Positions 1-14,662 of a DNA stretch of 64,000 bases are shown one piece after another (the stretch's first letter is position 1; the number at the start of each line of letters is the position of its first letter). The notes beneath the pieces are model-generated. The model was not told the origin of the DNA. It saw only the letters and a program-made list of their open reading frames with translations, and ran no database searches. The position numbers and the translations under genes were made by a program. The stretch is from the human T2T-CHM13v2.0 reference genome, Homo sapiens: NCBI RefSeq assembly GCF_009914755.1, contig NC_060946.1, one strand, 5' to 3'.

Positions 1-146
1 GGGAAGTAAAATAAGAGAGGCCACGGTGTTGAGTGTGAATGGGATGTTGAGAGATAAGGCTAGAGATGCTTTGTTAAGGGTCCTGTGAGCAGGGTAAAGA
101 GTTTGGATTCATCCCAAGGGCTCTGGGGAGCTAAAGAGGAATGTAG

Positions 147-398
<252 letters not shown>

Positions 399-513
399 AA
401 GGCACCCAGACTTCAAGGACCCAGACCCACCCTGGGGGGCTGCAAGGGCAAGAAGAGGAGGCTCCAGGGTTGGGGCGAGGGCCGACCTGTCCACCCTTCC
501 CTGGAATCTGCTC

Positions 514-519
514 AATAAA
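514..519 (+). terminator. CRYBB3: CRYBB3 polyadenylation signal
   Basis: AATAAA ~115 nt after the stop codon. Confidence 0.85.
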
Positions 520-769
520 GCCTGGGGTTGGTCCCCCACCCGCCACGTTCCTCGGCATCACTTCCTGAGGGAGCCAGGCCTGGGGCGGGACCTGTGGGAG
601 AGGCGTGCTGAAGGAGGCTGGGGCTTGAGTGTTCTGAGACTCCCAGGAAGGGGCTGGGAAATTTGCCCATATCCTAGGCTCTAATCCTTTCAGGCAGAGC
701 CATGTGCCCCTACTGCCCTGATCTTGTGTTTGTCTGCTGCTGCATGTTTCCATCTGAATGTCTGTCAGT

Positions 770-1270
770 CTACCCATCCACTCACCCATCCATCCATCAT
801 CCTTCCACCCACCCACCCACCCATTCATCCACCCATTCACCCACTCATGTGCCCATCCATTCGTCTACTCACCCATCCATCCATCCATCCACCCACCCAT
901 TCATCCACCCATTCACCCACCCATGTGCCCATCCATTCATCTACTCACCCATCCATCCATCCACCCACCCACCCATCTACCCATTCATTCATCCATCCAA
1001 CTACCTACCACCCATTCATCCATCCATGCATCCATCCATCCATCCATTCACCCACCCACTTACCCATCCATCCATTCATTCTTCCTTCCATCTTCCTATA
1101 TTTGTTCTTTCCATTAATTCATCCATTTTTCCTTCCACTCACCCATCTTTCTATCTATCCTTTTATCCACTTATCCATCAATTTTTCTTTCAATCTACTT
1201 GTCCATCAATGTGTCCATCTGATCTTCCTTCCTTCCTTCCTTTCTTCCCTCCTTCCTTCCATTCATCTAT
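770..1270. repeat. (CCAT)n/(CCAC)n/(CCTT)n low-complexity tandem repeat
   Basis: Degenerate tetranucleotide array with an internal 76-bp period (atgtgcccatcc at 847 and 923). Confidence 0.9.
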
Positions 1271-1320
1271 CCATTATTTCCCCTTCCACCTCTCTGTGGG
1301 TCAGTCTCTGTTGTCATTAA

Positions 1321-1380
1321 TGTATTCAGCAAATGCCATGCCCTGTTCAGTGTATTCAGCAAATGCCATGCCCTGTTCAA
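1321..1380. repeat. 30-bp tandem duplication
   Basis: tgtattcagcaaatgccatgccctgttca(g/a) x2, 29/30 identical. Confidence 0.95.
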
Positions 1381-2146
1381 GGCCTAAGGACAGGGCACAA
1401 TGTCCTGCCCTCCAGGTTCTCACCTTCTGTGGGAGAGACAGAAAGTAAATAAACAGGTCGATGAGGGCTATAATGTTGGGAGGCGGTAAATACCAAGAAC
1501 AATAAAGCTGGATAAAAATATGGAAGTGATGGGGGTGGTGGCCAGGAAACTCTGTGCAAAGGAGCCGAGTCCTCAGTGAACCACCAGAACATTCCAGGCA
1601 GAGAAATAACAGGTGCAAAGGCCCTAGGCAGGAGTATGCTGGCCTAATGGGAAACAGCCAGGGGCCCAGCAGGTCTGGAATGGAGTAAAAGACTGAGGAT
1701 AGGGTTCAGAGGGAACAGGGTCAGGTCATTTAGGGCTTTGCAGAACCTAGTGGACTTTGCTTGTTCTCTGAGGGAGGTGGGAGCCATGGAGCATTTGAGC
1801 AAAGTGAGCCGTGGTCTGCAGTGGGGTTTAATAGGATCACTCTGGCTAGGGTGCAAATCATACACTTAGTGGCCAAGGAGGGATGCAGAGAGACCAGTTG
1901 GGAGGCTACTGCAGAGAGTCTCGTGAGCTGTGTTGGTGCGGTCCACCTGAGCCTCTCTCTCTCATGCCTCAGTATCTCTGTCCCCTTGCCCAGAGGCCTT
2001 CTGCAGCCTCGCCTGGGGTACTGAGTGCCCATCCCACCTCCCCCCACTGACCACTGCTCTGGGCCCCCGTGGCTTCATCTGGGCAGTGGGAGTTGCTGAA
2101 GAGCTGAACAGAGACACTGGGGCAGTGCCAGGCATAAATGAGGCCT

Positions 2147-2453
2147 TTGTTTGTTTGTTTGTTTGTTTGTTTATTTAGAGACAGAGTCTCGCTCTGTTGC
2201 CCAGGCAGTGGCGCGATCTCGGCTCACTGCAACCTCCACCTCCTGGGCTCAAGCAATTCTCCTGCTTCGGCGTCCCAAGTAGCTAGGACTACAGGTGCGC
2301 AGCACCACGCCCGGCTAATTTTTGTGTTTTTAGAAGAGATGGGGTTTCACCATATTGGTCAGGCTGGTCTCGAACTCCTGACCTCAGGTGGCCCACCCAC
2401 TTCGGCCCCACAAAGTTGCTGGGATTACAGGCATGAGCCACCATGCTCGGCCA
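2147..2453 (-). mobile_element. Alu (AluS-like)
   Basis: Antisense Alu consensus with (TTTG)n tail; flanks ataaatgag/ataattgag. Confidence 0.9.
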
Positions 2454-2867
2454 TAATTGAGTCTCTTCTGCCCCCAGGTGGGAAGAGGAGGGGCCTCCTC
2501 TCTGATAGCCAGCTGACAACGGACTTCCTGCAGGCAGGCCCCGGCACCACCCCTCACCCGTCCCACCTCCATGAGCCAACTCTGCATCATTTCCCTGACT
2601 TTGTTCCCCTTTTGTGCCCAGAGCCTGTCTCAGCCACCTGCAGCCTCCCATTGGGTGATGTAGCTGGTGTGTGGGAGGCCTATGGGGGCCTCAGGAAGGG
2701 GTTGAAAAGGATACAGTAATTTTCAATTAATTTAACCTGCATATTTTACAAATGAGGTGAGAAATCACCTTGACTTTTCCGAGTGTATGGGAGACCTGGG
2801 CTGGGCATCAGGATCAGAGGGGGCAGGGGTGGCCCAGCCATGAGACAGATGGAAGGCAGGGGCTTGA

Positions 2868-3574
<707 letters not shown>

Positions 3575-4625
3575 TGTCATGCTTTATAAATCAGTGCTTA
3601 CATCATCTCACTGAACCCTAAGAATGTCATTGGGAGGTAGGTGTGGTTATTAATTCTATTTAACAGATGAAGAAACAGGCTCAGGGAGGCAACATCACCT
3701 TCCTAGAGCCACACAGATAAGAAGTGGTAGAACTGAGACCTGAATCCATTCCTGAGTGCCATACACTCTGATGTATCCATCAAGGACCGTAAGTCACCAG
3801 GGAGATATAGATGAAAATAACATAAGCAGTTGCAGCAGAAACAACGGTAATAATAGCTGCCACTGTAGAGCTGCGGCTAAACCCCAAGCACATTATTGAG
3901 TGCTCTAGAGTTTCATCTCGACTCTACAGACAGGCAATAGTGATCCTCATATGCAGGGAGAGAAACTGAGGCCCAGAGAGCTGAAGCAAATTGCCCCAAG
4001 TGCCACAGCTCTTAAGTGATGGGACCAGGACTCATATTCAGGTCTGTCTCCAAAGCCCGTTTCTCTATATTCATCAGCTGTTGATGCTGTGGTCGGCCAA
4101 CCTAATGCCACTGCTGGTGTGGGCAGTGACTTCATTTATTGAGCATGTACTATAGTCTAGGCACCAGGCCACAAGCTGTCCATGCCTGATCTCAGTTAAC
4201 ACCAACAGGCCCCTTGACTGGCTCCTGGGTAACAGGAAGGATTACAGGGAGGCTGGCTCAAGTGTGAGTCAGTGTGCCCACTCACCATGCCCACTCCCAG
4301 GCCAAACGCAGCCCCAGGATCTGGAGTTGGGTTGATTCCAGAGGTGGGGTTCAGCTGCACTGCCAGATTCATGGCAGCCCCAGGCAGTCACTGATGTCCA
4401 AGTGACTCTTTCTGAAGCCTCACACCCATAATAACCATTTGTGCCAGGAAGCTCTTGTTATTTGCAAGTACTCCCATACATTGTCTTGTTCAGTCCTCAG
4501 CTCCAAGAGGCTCAGAGCGGGGAAGCCAACTGCTGAGGTCACACAGCCAGCGAGGGGCAGAACTGGGATTTGACCGCAGGCCTAACTCCAAAAGGCTGCT
4601 CTTAGCCCCAACCTAGACTCAAATA

Positions 4626-4912
<287 letters not shown>

Positions 4913-5839
4913 TCAAATTTTGTCTTCTATGGGGCAGAACCTGAGAGTGACAGTGAAGCAAGAATATCCCTCAGTTATAAGCGAATGAGGTTTAGCGCCA
5001 AGAGATCATTTTACCAGCTTAATTGAGAGGCAGTATTGCTCAGTGATTGCAGGCAGTAGAGTCAAGTGATAGGAGGCAGAGTGGCTGAGTTAGGCTCTTG
5101 ATTTACACCACCTGGTTTCCTCTCCTAGCTCTACCACTCACTGTTTGCCTTTGGGCAAGTCACTTAACCTCTCTGTGCTTCTGTTGCCTCATCTGTAACA
5201 TGGAGATAATAATGCTACCTATCTCATAAGGTTGTTGCCGGTAGTAACCGGAGTTTACTTTGCAGAAAGGGCTTAGAACAATGAGTAAAACCAAGGACGT
5301 GCAATATGAGTGTTCATCATCCTCTTCTCTTGATCATTTTTTGACAAGAAGGAGGGCAACAGACAGGCTTCCAGAGCTCCGTTCCAGACACAGGATGCTG
5401 AAGACATGCTCCGTAGTTGTATGGAGCAGAGAGACTTTGCAGTTCCTCAATAATGGGGGTTTATTCTAAAGACATCTGTAGAAACAGGGAAATTAGAAAA
5501 CTAGGCTACATGGCCACACTCAGAGAGTCCAAGTGAAAGCCCTACAAAGAGGTTCATGGCAGGGGCAGGGGGCCAGGACCCAGACAGTGAACAGGCATCA
5601 TGGAGAGAGAAACTGGAGCCTGAGAGCTCCTGGGAGCTGGAGAGCTGGCTCTGTGGTCACTGCCCCCAGGAATCCACCATTAGGGGGCCTCAGCAAATGC
5701 ATCCCCAAGTCTTGGCTCTCTTGGGAGGACCTTCTGGCCATTTCCTGTTGCTAGCTTCCTCTTTCCCTTGCCTTTCCGCCGGACATCTTTGATCTGCTGT
5801 CTGGATTGTAAAAGATGCTGGCTGTGCTTTTCCTACTCT

Positions 5840-7068
5840 GTAGACGTTACAATGTTGCTGTGTGAGGGCCACTTCCACCAGCCAGCATCCACATGCCTAT
5901 GTGCCTGGAAACTCTCTCCTGTGCCTGGAGAGGTGGGAGGCAGCTATAATCTTGGCGGAATGAATACCTACTAGGAGCAACCTTCATCCAATGACTAACA
6001 GGAGCTTGGGTATCAATTCCCCAGCTCCCAGTGCTCAGGTGAGAACTTTACCAAGCATTCTTTACCATTTTGGAAGTTAATGTCACCCATGGCAATGCTA
6101 CATGAGTGAATGAAAATGTCTAACGCATATTAAGTTTAATATTAGCTTCCTGTCTAAGTGTATGCATTGTAAATAGGAATAATTGCCTAACTGCTTTCTT
6201 ACATCATCTGTTTGAAGCTTTTACATACCAAAATACATATTTTTATACATTCTATCCTTATTATCCTTTTATAATACAGTTAGAGTTAGGACATTTTATT
6301 ATTAATTTATTTTGAAAGCATGCACGTAGATGGGTTACATTATCAATTTTATTTCAAGAGAGTAAAAGGGCTGTTACAAAAAATTGTCGTAAGAAGGGAG
6401 TGTTGTTTCTGATAGCTATGAGAACACCTTTTGATGATCTCAGAGCCTCCTTCCAGCTCTGACTCTTTTGTATCTAAAAGTTAAATATTGTTTGTCCAAG
6501 GGGAACACCAAGACCTATTCTCCTCGTGGGAGCAAGAAGATGAAGTGGAGAGGAAGGTTTGAGTCCTTTCTCTCTATGTATCTGTCAGGCTATGCTGCAG
6601 TAACAAACAGCCCCCAATTCTTGGTGGTTGAAAACAACGAAACTTATTTCTCACTCATGAAAGATGTCTAGTGCTGGTCAGCGGGGGGCTTTTCTCTACA
6701 GAGTCACTCAGGGACCCAGGCTGGTGTGGGCTCTGCCATTTTGCAATGTTGCCATCTCAGGACAGCAGAAGAGAAGAGAGCACTAGAAAGTGTGGCTCCT
6801 GTGATAAGATGATTTCACCTGGAAATTACACCAGTCATGTTTGTTCAGAATCCACTGACCAGAATGAGTCACATGACACCCCCTAATTTTAAGAAGACCC
6901 AGTGATAACCCGCTCACTAATATACCCTGAATTGCCTGCCTTCCTTTCTCTGGCTCGCTTCCCCACTCCCTACTTCCTGATGCCCTCTGGGATCACTTTC
7001 CAAATAAATTATATGCACCTGAACTTGTTGTCTTAGCGTCTGCTTCTGGTAGAGCCCAAATGAAGACA
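5840..7068 (+). mobile_element. ERVL LTR16-like solo LTR, split (~5840-6075 and ~6897-7068) by younger or other insertions
   Basis: ccaatgactaacaggagc..ccccagctccc (U3-like), and a 3' end ccaaataaa..tgtcttagcgtctgcttctgg..aagaca, resemble LTR16-family consensus; 5' boundary uncertain. Confidence 0.6.
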
Positions 7069-7253
7069 CCCCTGCTCTTTATCATTAATTAATTCAGTCT
7101 GTCAATACGTATTTTCTGAGCACCTACTATGTGCTAGATCCTATGTAGGCACTGGGGGCACGAAGATGACTGAGCCATGGCTCAGCTCTCCACGACCTAG
7201 CTCATTGGCTAGATGAGCAAACTACCCAGGTCACATCAAAAGCCTTTGCTTTT

Positions 7254-7550
7254 GGGCCAGGTGCAGTGGCCCATGACTGAAACTCTAGTACTTTGGAAGG
7301 CCAAGGCAGAAAAATTGCTTGAGGCTTGGAGTTCGCGACCTACCTGGACAACACAGTAAGACCCTATCCCTAAAAAATTTTTTTAATTAGCTGTGCACAG
7401 ATGTGAAAACCTGTAGTCTGAGCTACTCAGGAGGCTGAGACAGGAGGATCACTTGAGCCCAGCAGTTGGAGCCTGCATTGAGCTGTGATAGCACCACCAT
7501 GCTCCAGCCTGGGCAGCAGAGCAAGACCCTATCTCAAATTTTTAAAAAGG
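7254..7550 (+). mobile_element. Alu (AluJ-like)
   Basis: Diverged sense Alu consensus. Confidence 0.85.
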
Positions 7551-8190
7551 CAAAACATTTTGAGATCATAGGAACCTATGGGCTGTAAGTTGCACCAAGG
7601 TGGGGACCCTATCTGTATTGCTCCCCACTGAGTTCATAGTTGACACATTTGCTTGAAGTAGAAATGAATAATGAATTAGTAGAAAGAAACAGGCAGGTTG
7701 CTGACGGTCTCTGTCTTGGCACCTACTTTGAGTGTGGGAGTGAAAAGAAATAAAAAGTCTTTTAAAACATTGCCATCCACACAGATGTAATAATAATGAA
7801 TAGCATAAAAGCTATAGTTACTGAGCGCTTTCTATAATATTTGTAAGAGCCGCTACTGAGGGCTTCACATGATTGGCTCATTTACAAAGGGTATAATTAC
7901 AAATACTATAATGTCCATGGGCCAAAATATTTAATTCTTCGCAAGTGTGGGAAACTGAGGTAAGAGAAGAGAAGTAGGCTAGGCTGAAGGTTTTGGAGTC
8001 TACAAATCCTGATCTCTGAGTTCAAATCCCAGCTCTACCACTTCGTGGCTGTGAGCCTTTGGGCAAGAAAGTCTCCTCTCTGAGCCTCACTTTGCTTATC
8101 TGTAAAAATAGGAATAATAAACATCTCCCTAGCATGTTTTACCACTCCTATCAGCCAGTGAAAACCCTGACTGCTTCCTCAATGAGAATA

Positions 8191-8270
8191 ATAGGTTGGT
8201 GCAAAAGTAAATGTGGTTTTTCCCATCAAAAGTAACGCCAAAACCCATGATTACTTTTGCACCAACCTAA
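8191..8270. mobile_element. Made1 (Hsmar1 mariner MITE)
   Basis: 80 bp, terminal inverted repeats taggttggtgcaaaagtaa / ttacttttgcaccaaccta, flanked by TA on both sides. Confidence 0.92.
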
Positions 8271-8290
8271 TACATGGTGCAGGGACCAAG

Positions 8291-8802
8291 TGTTGGGAAC
8301 AGGCCCCCAAAATCTGGCCATAAACTGGCCCCAAAACTGGCCATAAGCAAAATCTCTGCAGCACTGTGACATGTTTGTGATGGCCATGATACCCACGCTG
8401 GAAGTTTGTGGGTTTACCAGAATGAGGGCAAGGAACACCTGGCCCGCCCATGGCGGAAAATCACTTAAAGGCGTTCTTAAACCACAAACAATAACATGAG
8501 CAATCTGTGCCTTAAGGATATGCTCCTGCTGCAGATAACTAGCCAGACCCATCCCTTTATTTCAGCCCATCCCTTTGTTTCCCATAAGGAATACTTTTAG
8601 TTAATCTATAATCTATAGAAACAATGCTTATCACTGGCTTGCTGTTAATAAATACATGGGTAAATCTCTGTTCGAGGCTCTCAGCTCTGAAGGCTATGAG
8701 ACCCCTGATTTCCCATTCCACACCTCCATATTTCTGTGTGTGTGTCTTTAATTCCTCTAGCGCCACTGGGTTAGGGTCTCCCTGACCGAGCTGGTCTTGG
8801 CA
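8291..8802 (+). mobile_element. Solo LTR, MER9-like (HERV-K HML-3)
   Basis: TG...CA termini, 512 bp, starts tgttgggaacaggcccccaaaatctggccataaactggcccc; internal AATAAA; 5-bp TSD CCAAG (8286-8290, 8803-8807). Confidence 0.85.
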
Positions 8803-9376
8803 CCAAGGACCTCATTTCTGATGGGGAAATTGAGGCCTGGAGAAGAAAAACTTCACTAAATTCCCAGAGCTCAGTAGGAAGCTTTATAGTTTAAAAGTTA
8901 AGAGCATTTATCTTGAAGTCAGACTGATGTAAGTTCAAGCACTGGTCCTACCACTTCCTGGCTGTGTGACCTCGAACAAGTTACTTAAGCTCTATGAGCC
9001 TTAGCTTCCTTATCTGTATTAGGGGACATTAATAATACCTACTTCAAAGATAGTTGTGAGGATTGAATTAATGGAACCAGACAGTTTCAGGGCTTAATCC
9101 ATAAAGCCTAGTTCTACTACTCACTAGCTGTGCAAATTTGGGCAAGTGGCTTAGTCTCTCTGAGCCTCAATTTTCTCTTTTATAAAATGGAATGATCAAT
9201 AAATACAATACTTACATCTTGAGTTTGTTGGGAGGATTAAAAAAAGATGAGTATGGACAGTGCCTGACTCATGTCAAGCTCTGATACAATCGAAATGTTA
9301 GGAATTCTTTCTTATTTATAAGGACACAGCCAGGTCTTGAATCCATCATTTACTCAACAAATATTAACTGAGGTCT

Positions 9377-10832
<1,456 letters not shown>

Positions 10833-11173
10833 AGTACCTACTATGCGTCAGGCACTGGGCTCTGGAGATACCATGGTAAACCAGGGGGACAACTTCTTTG
10901 CTTTTGTGGTGCTTATCTTCTCATTGGAAAGACAGAAAATAAATGAGTAACAGAATGTTGGGTAGTGATGAGTGCTGCAAAAGGAAAAGCCCAGCTAGGG
11001 GGCTGGGGCATGTGTGTGTAGTGTGTGTGCATGTGTGTGCATGCATATGTGCATTAAGAAAATGAGAGACAGGGGAAAGCAGGTATACTTGACCCAGTCT
11101 CCAAGCCTCAGATTGGATCAAGACACAGCCTGGGCTGCAAGGAAGGTGTGTGCACTAAAGAAACATGAGTAAA

Positions 11174-12160
<987 letters not shown>

Positions 12161-12647
12161 TCATGCTTTAGCTTTGTTAACCTGTTTTCAGGTCTTCTTG
12201 AAATACACCATGCTGGTTCCTTGTATATGGACCCTTTCTGCTTGGAACTGTCCCCCCACCCTGTTCCCAGGCTTCCTCTTCTCCATCCCTGAGGGATGCG
12301 CTACCTCCCAGGAGCTTTTCTGAATGGCCTGGGCTGGCGTAGGTCCTCTTCCTGACACTCCCCTGGAACAGAGATTGTCACCAAGTGGATGCCCAACAAA
12401 TATTTGTTGAATGAATAAATGGGTAGATGAATGAAGCCCAGACTCTGCCAAACCACCCTTCTTTACTTGTTCTTCCCCAGGCCCACTGAGATGTTCCTCT
12501 GTCTGCCATGCCTCACGGCCTGACTGACCGTACCAGTGAACCCAGCGTACCCCTGGCCCTGGCAGCCGGACGGCTGATGCATGCAAAGCGGGCATCTCCT
12601 TGCCCAGCCGCCTGACCGCCCTGGCGCGGCCGAATCTGAAAGCTAAT

Positions 12648-12792
12648 GACATTATTGTGCAGAGACACAATGTCTGTGGGCATTTGCTGACCCGAGCTTT
12701 GGTGAGAGCTTAATCCAGCATTCTCACCCTGCTTTTCGCAGGAGCACAGCGGTCACTCATCTTGGCACCGGCACTTCTGGGGAAGGTATAAA
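12648..12792 (+). promoter_or_regulatory. CRYBB2: CRYBB2 proximal promoter: inverted SOX pair, MARE-like site, TAATCC, TATA box
   Basis: ATTGTG 12654-12659 / CACAAT 12666-12671; TGCTGAC 12685-12691; TAATCC 12711-12716; TATAAA 12787-12792. Confidence 0.8.
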
Positions 12793-12817
12793 TGCCACCT
12801 CCCGCTGGCCGAGCTTC

Positions 12818-12845
12818 ACGGCACTCGCAGGGGCTGGTGTCACTG
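12818..12845 (+). other. CRYBB2: CRYBB2 exon 1 (non-coding, 5' UTR); TSS approximate
   Basis: Initiator-like ttcAcg ~31 nt after TATA; donor CTG|GTAAGA at 12845/12846. Confidence 0.8.
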
Positions 12846-14608
12846 GTAAGATTGCCTCTCTTGCTTGTCTTCCCTTCTTTCTCTCATCCTCACCCCTGTC
12901 CGCAAGCATGGGAGCACCCAGATTCTGACAAGTGACTTTGGGCAGAGACTTCAATGCTGTTAGCCTCAGTTTTCTTTTCTGGTAACTGGGAAGGGGGTTA
13001 AAAAGCCTTCTTTATTGTAAGGATTCAAGAGAAGTTAGGGGATCATCCAGCACAGTGCCTGGCACACAGTGGGCATTGGGGCAATGTTCTTTATTATTAA
13101 TATTAAACAGACTATCAGCATCCTTGTTTCGCCAGTCGCTGAGGAGGAGAATGTAACTGAGGGTTTTGCAAGAATCAAACCAGTGACAGTTCAGCATTGT
13201 TTCTAGGTGGGTGAGTCAGTTTTCCTCCACATCTGCAATTAGGGGGCACCCACTCTGTGCCTAGCCTCTGGGAGTGCTAGGGGATAGGATGCAGCCACAG
13301 GTATGTGACAGGTCCCAGCAACAGGTGATTTCAATGCCACTAAAGCATGGTAGAAATGACTCTAATAATGCCACAATTGCTGCCATTTGCTGCATGCTGA
13401 GTGTGTTCTGGGACCACGGCCAAGTGCTTCCGGTTTTATACATTACATAATTGAATCCTCACAACCTGTTCACAGGTATTATTAGACATCATTACTGTCC
13501 CCATTTTATAGAACAGGAAGTTGAGGCATAGGGAGAGGATGAGACCTGCCCAGAGTCTCAATTCTGGCAGGCAGCAGAGACTGCTCCTGAACTGGACCAA
13601 CTGAGCTTCTTCAGTCTGTGAACACTCAGGACTGGGAAGTGATATGGCAGGACCTCAGGCACTCTGACAAGCCCAGAGGGCTGGTTTCTTGCGGGAGAGC
13701 AGTAGATTTGGCTGCCAAGGTGCTTAACTGCATTTCTTCCTCCTGGGAAACATCCAGTATTGGCCTTTCATGTGGAAGGGGCTTCTGGAAGCTGGCGTTA
13801 TCTCTGAAGAGGGAGGCCAGGCTTCCTCTCTTACCCCTGGGGAAACACAGCCTGGTTTGACCACCCCTTCTGCAGGAAGGGGGAAGAGGCTGACAATTTT
13901 CCAGGCTTTTCTGATGTTCTCACTAGCTAAGGCAGGTCTACCCTGCTGCCTGCCACAGTGCCTGGATTTCTACCGTCGCACCCATTTCTTCTCTTTCTTG
14001 TAATGTGGGTTCTGTATCAGATGATTTCACTAATGGGGGAGTAAAACCAGTGGCAGAGAAGAGAAATCTAGGTACCAGGATGGGGAGAGGAGTCCCAGGG
14101 AGAGGGTGGGAGAAGGAGCAGGGGAACAGGGAACTTTGTGAGTTCCTAAACTGGGCACCACCACACCACCAAATACAGCCAATGCATAGGTTTTGTTTGT
14201 TCCACACAATTTTATTTAAGAAATTACTGCATAAAGGCAGAAGTTCTGGGATTGACCATTCTATATTCTGTGTGGTATCCATTGTCTGGGGTTGAGTGTT
14301 GGGAACCCACTTTGGACCTCATTTAAGCTCTAGTTTATTACTGCTCTCTTTCTTTGAGTAGACCTCGTTTTTCCCTCCTCCTGCAGCTGGCCTGGATAGA
14401 AATAAATGAAGCTAAGGACAGAAGTTGAAGTAGCTGCTTACGGACCCCACAGCTCTGGGACAGTCTGAAACCAGGAGAAAAAGAGAATGTTTGGGGCCAG
14501 AGGGGAGTGGTCTCAAGGCCCCACAGAGTGAAAAAGCCAGTGGCCCCTCCAGGTCCTCACTGCTGCTTCCCATGTCTTCCAGGTCATTCCTGCACAGGAC
14601 AGTCCACC

Positions 14609-14662
14609 ATGGCCTCAGATCACCAGACCCAGGCGGGCAAGCCACAGTCCCTCAACCCCAAG
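14609..14662 (+). CDS. CRYBB2: Beta-crystallin B2 exon 2 coding part (exon starts ~14583): MASDHQTQAGKPQSLNPK
   Basis: Kozak ccaccATGG; donor AAG|GTGGGT; N-terminal arm of betaB2. Confidence 0.97.

Noticed and set aside
702-1448. 248-aa and overlapping His/Pro/Ser-rich ORFs
   Set aside because: Translations of the (CCAT)n repeat.
6080-6430. Resemblance to sequence near 47440-47790
   Set aside because: Weak, and most simply explained by independent copies of one old DNA-transposon family.
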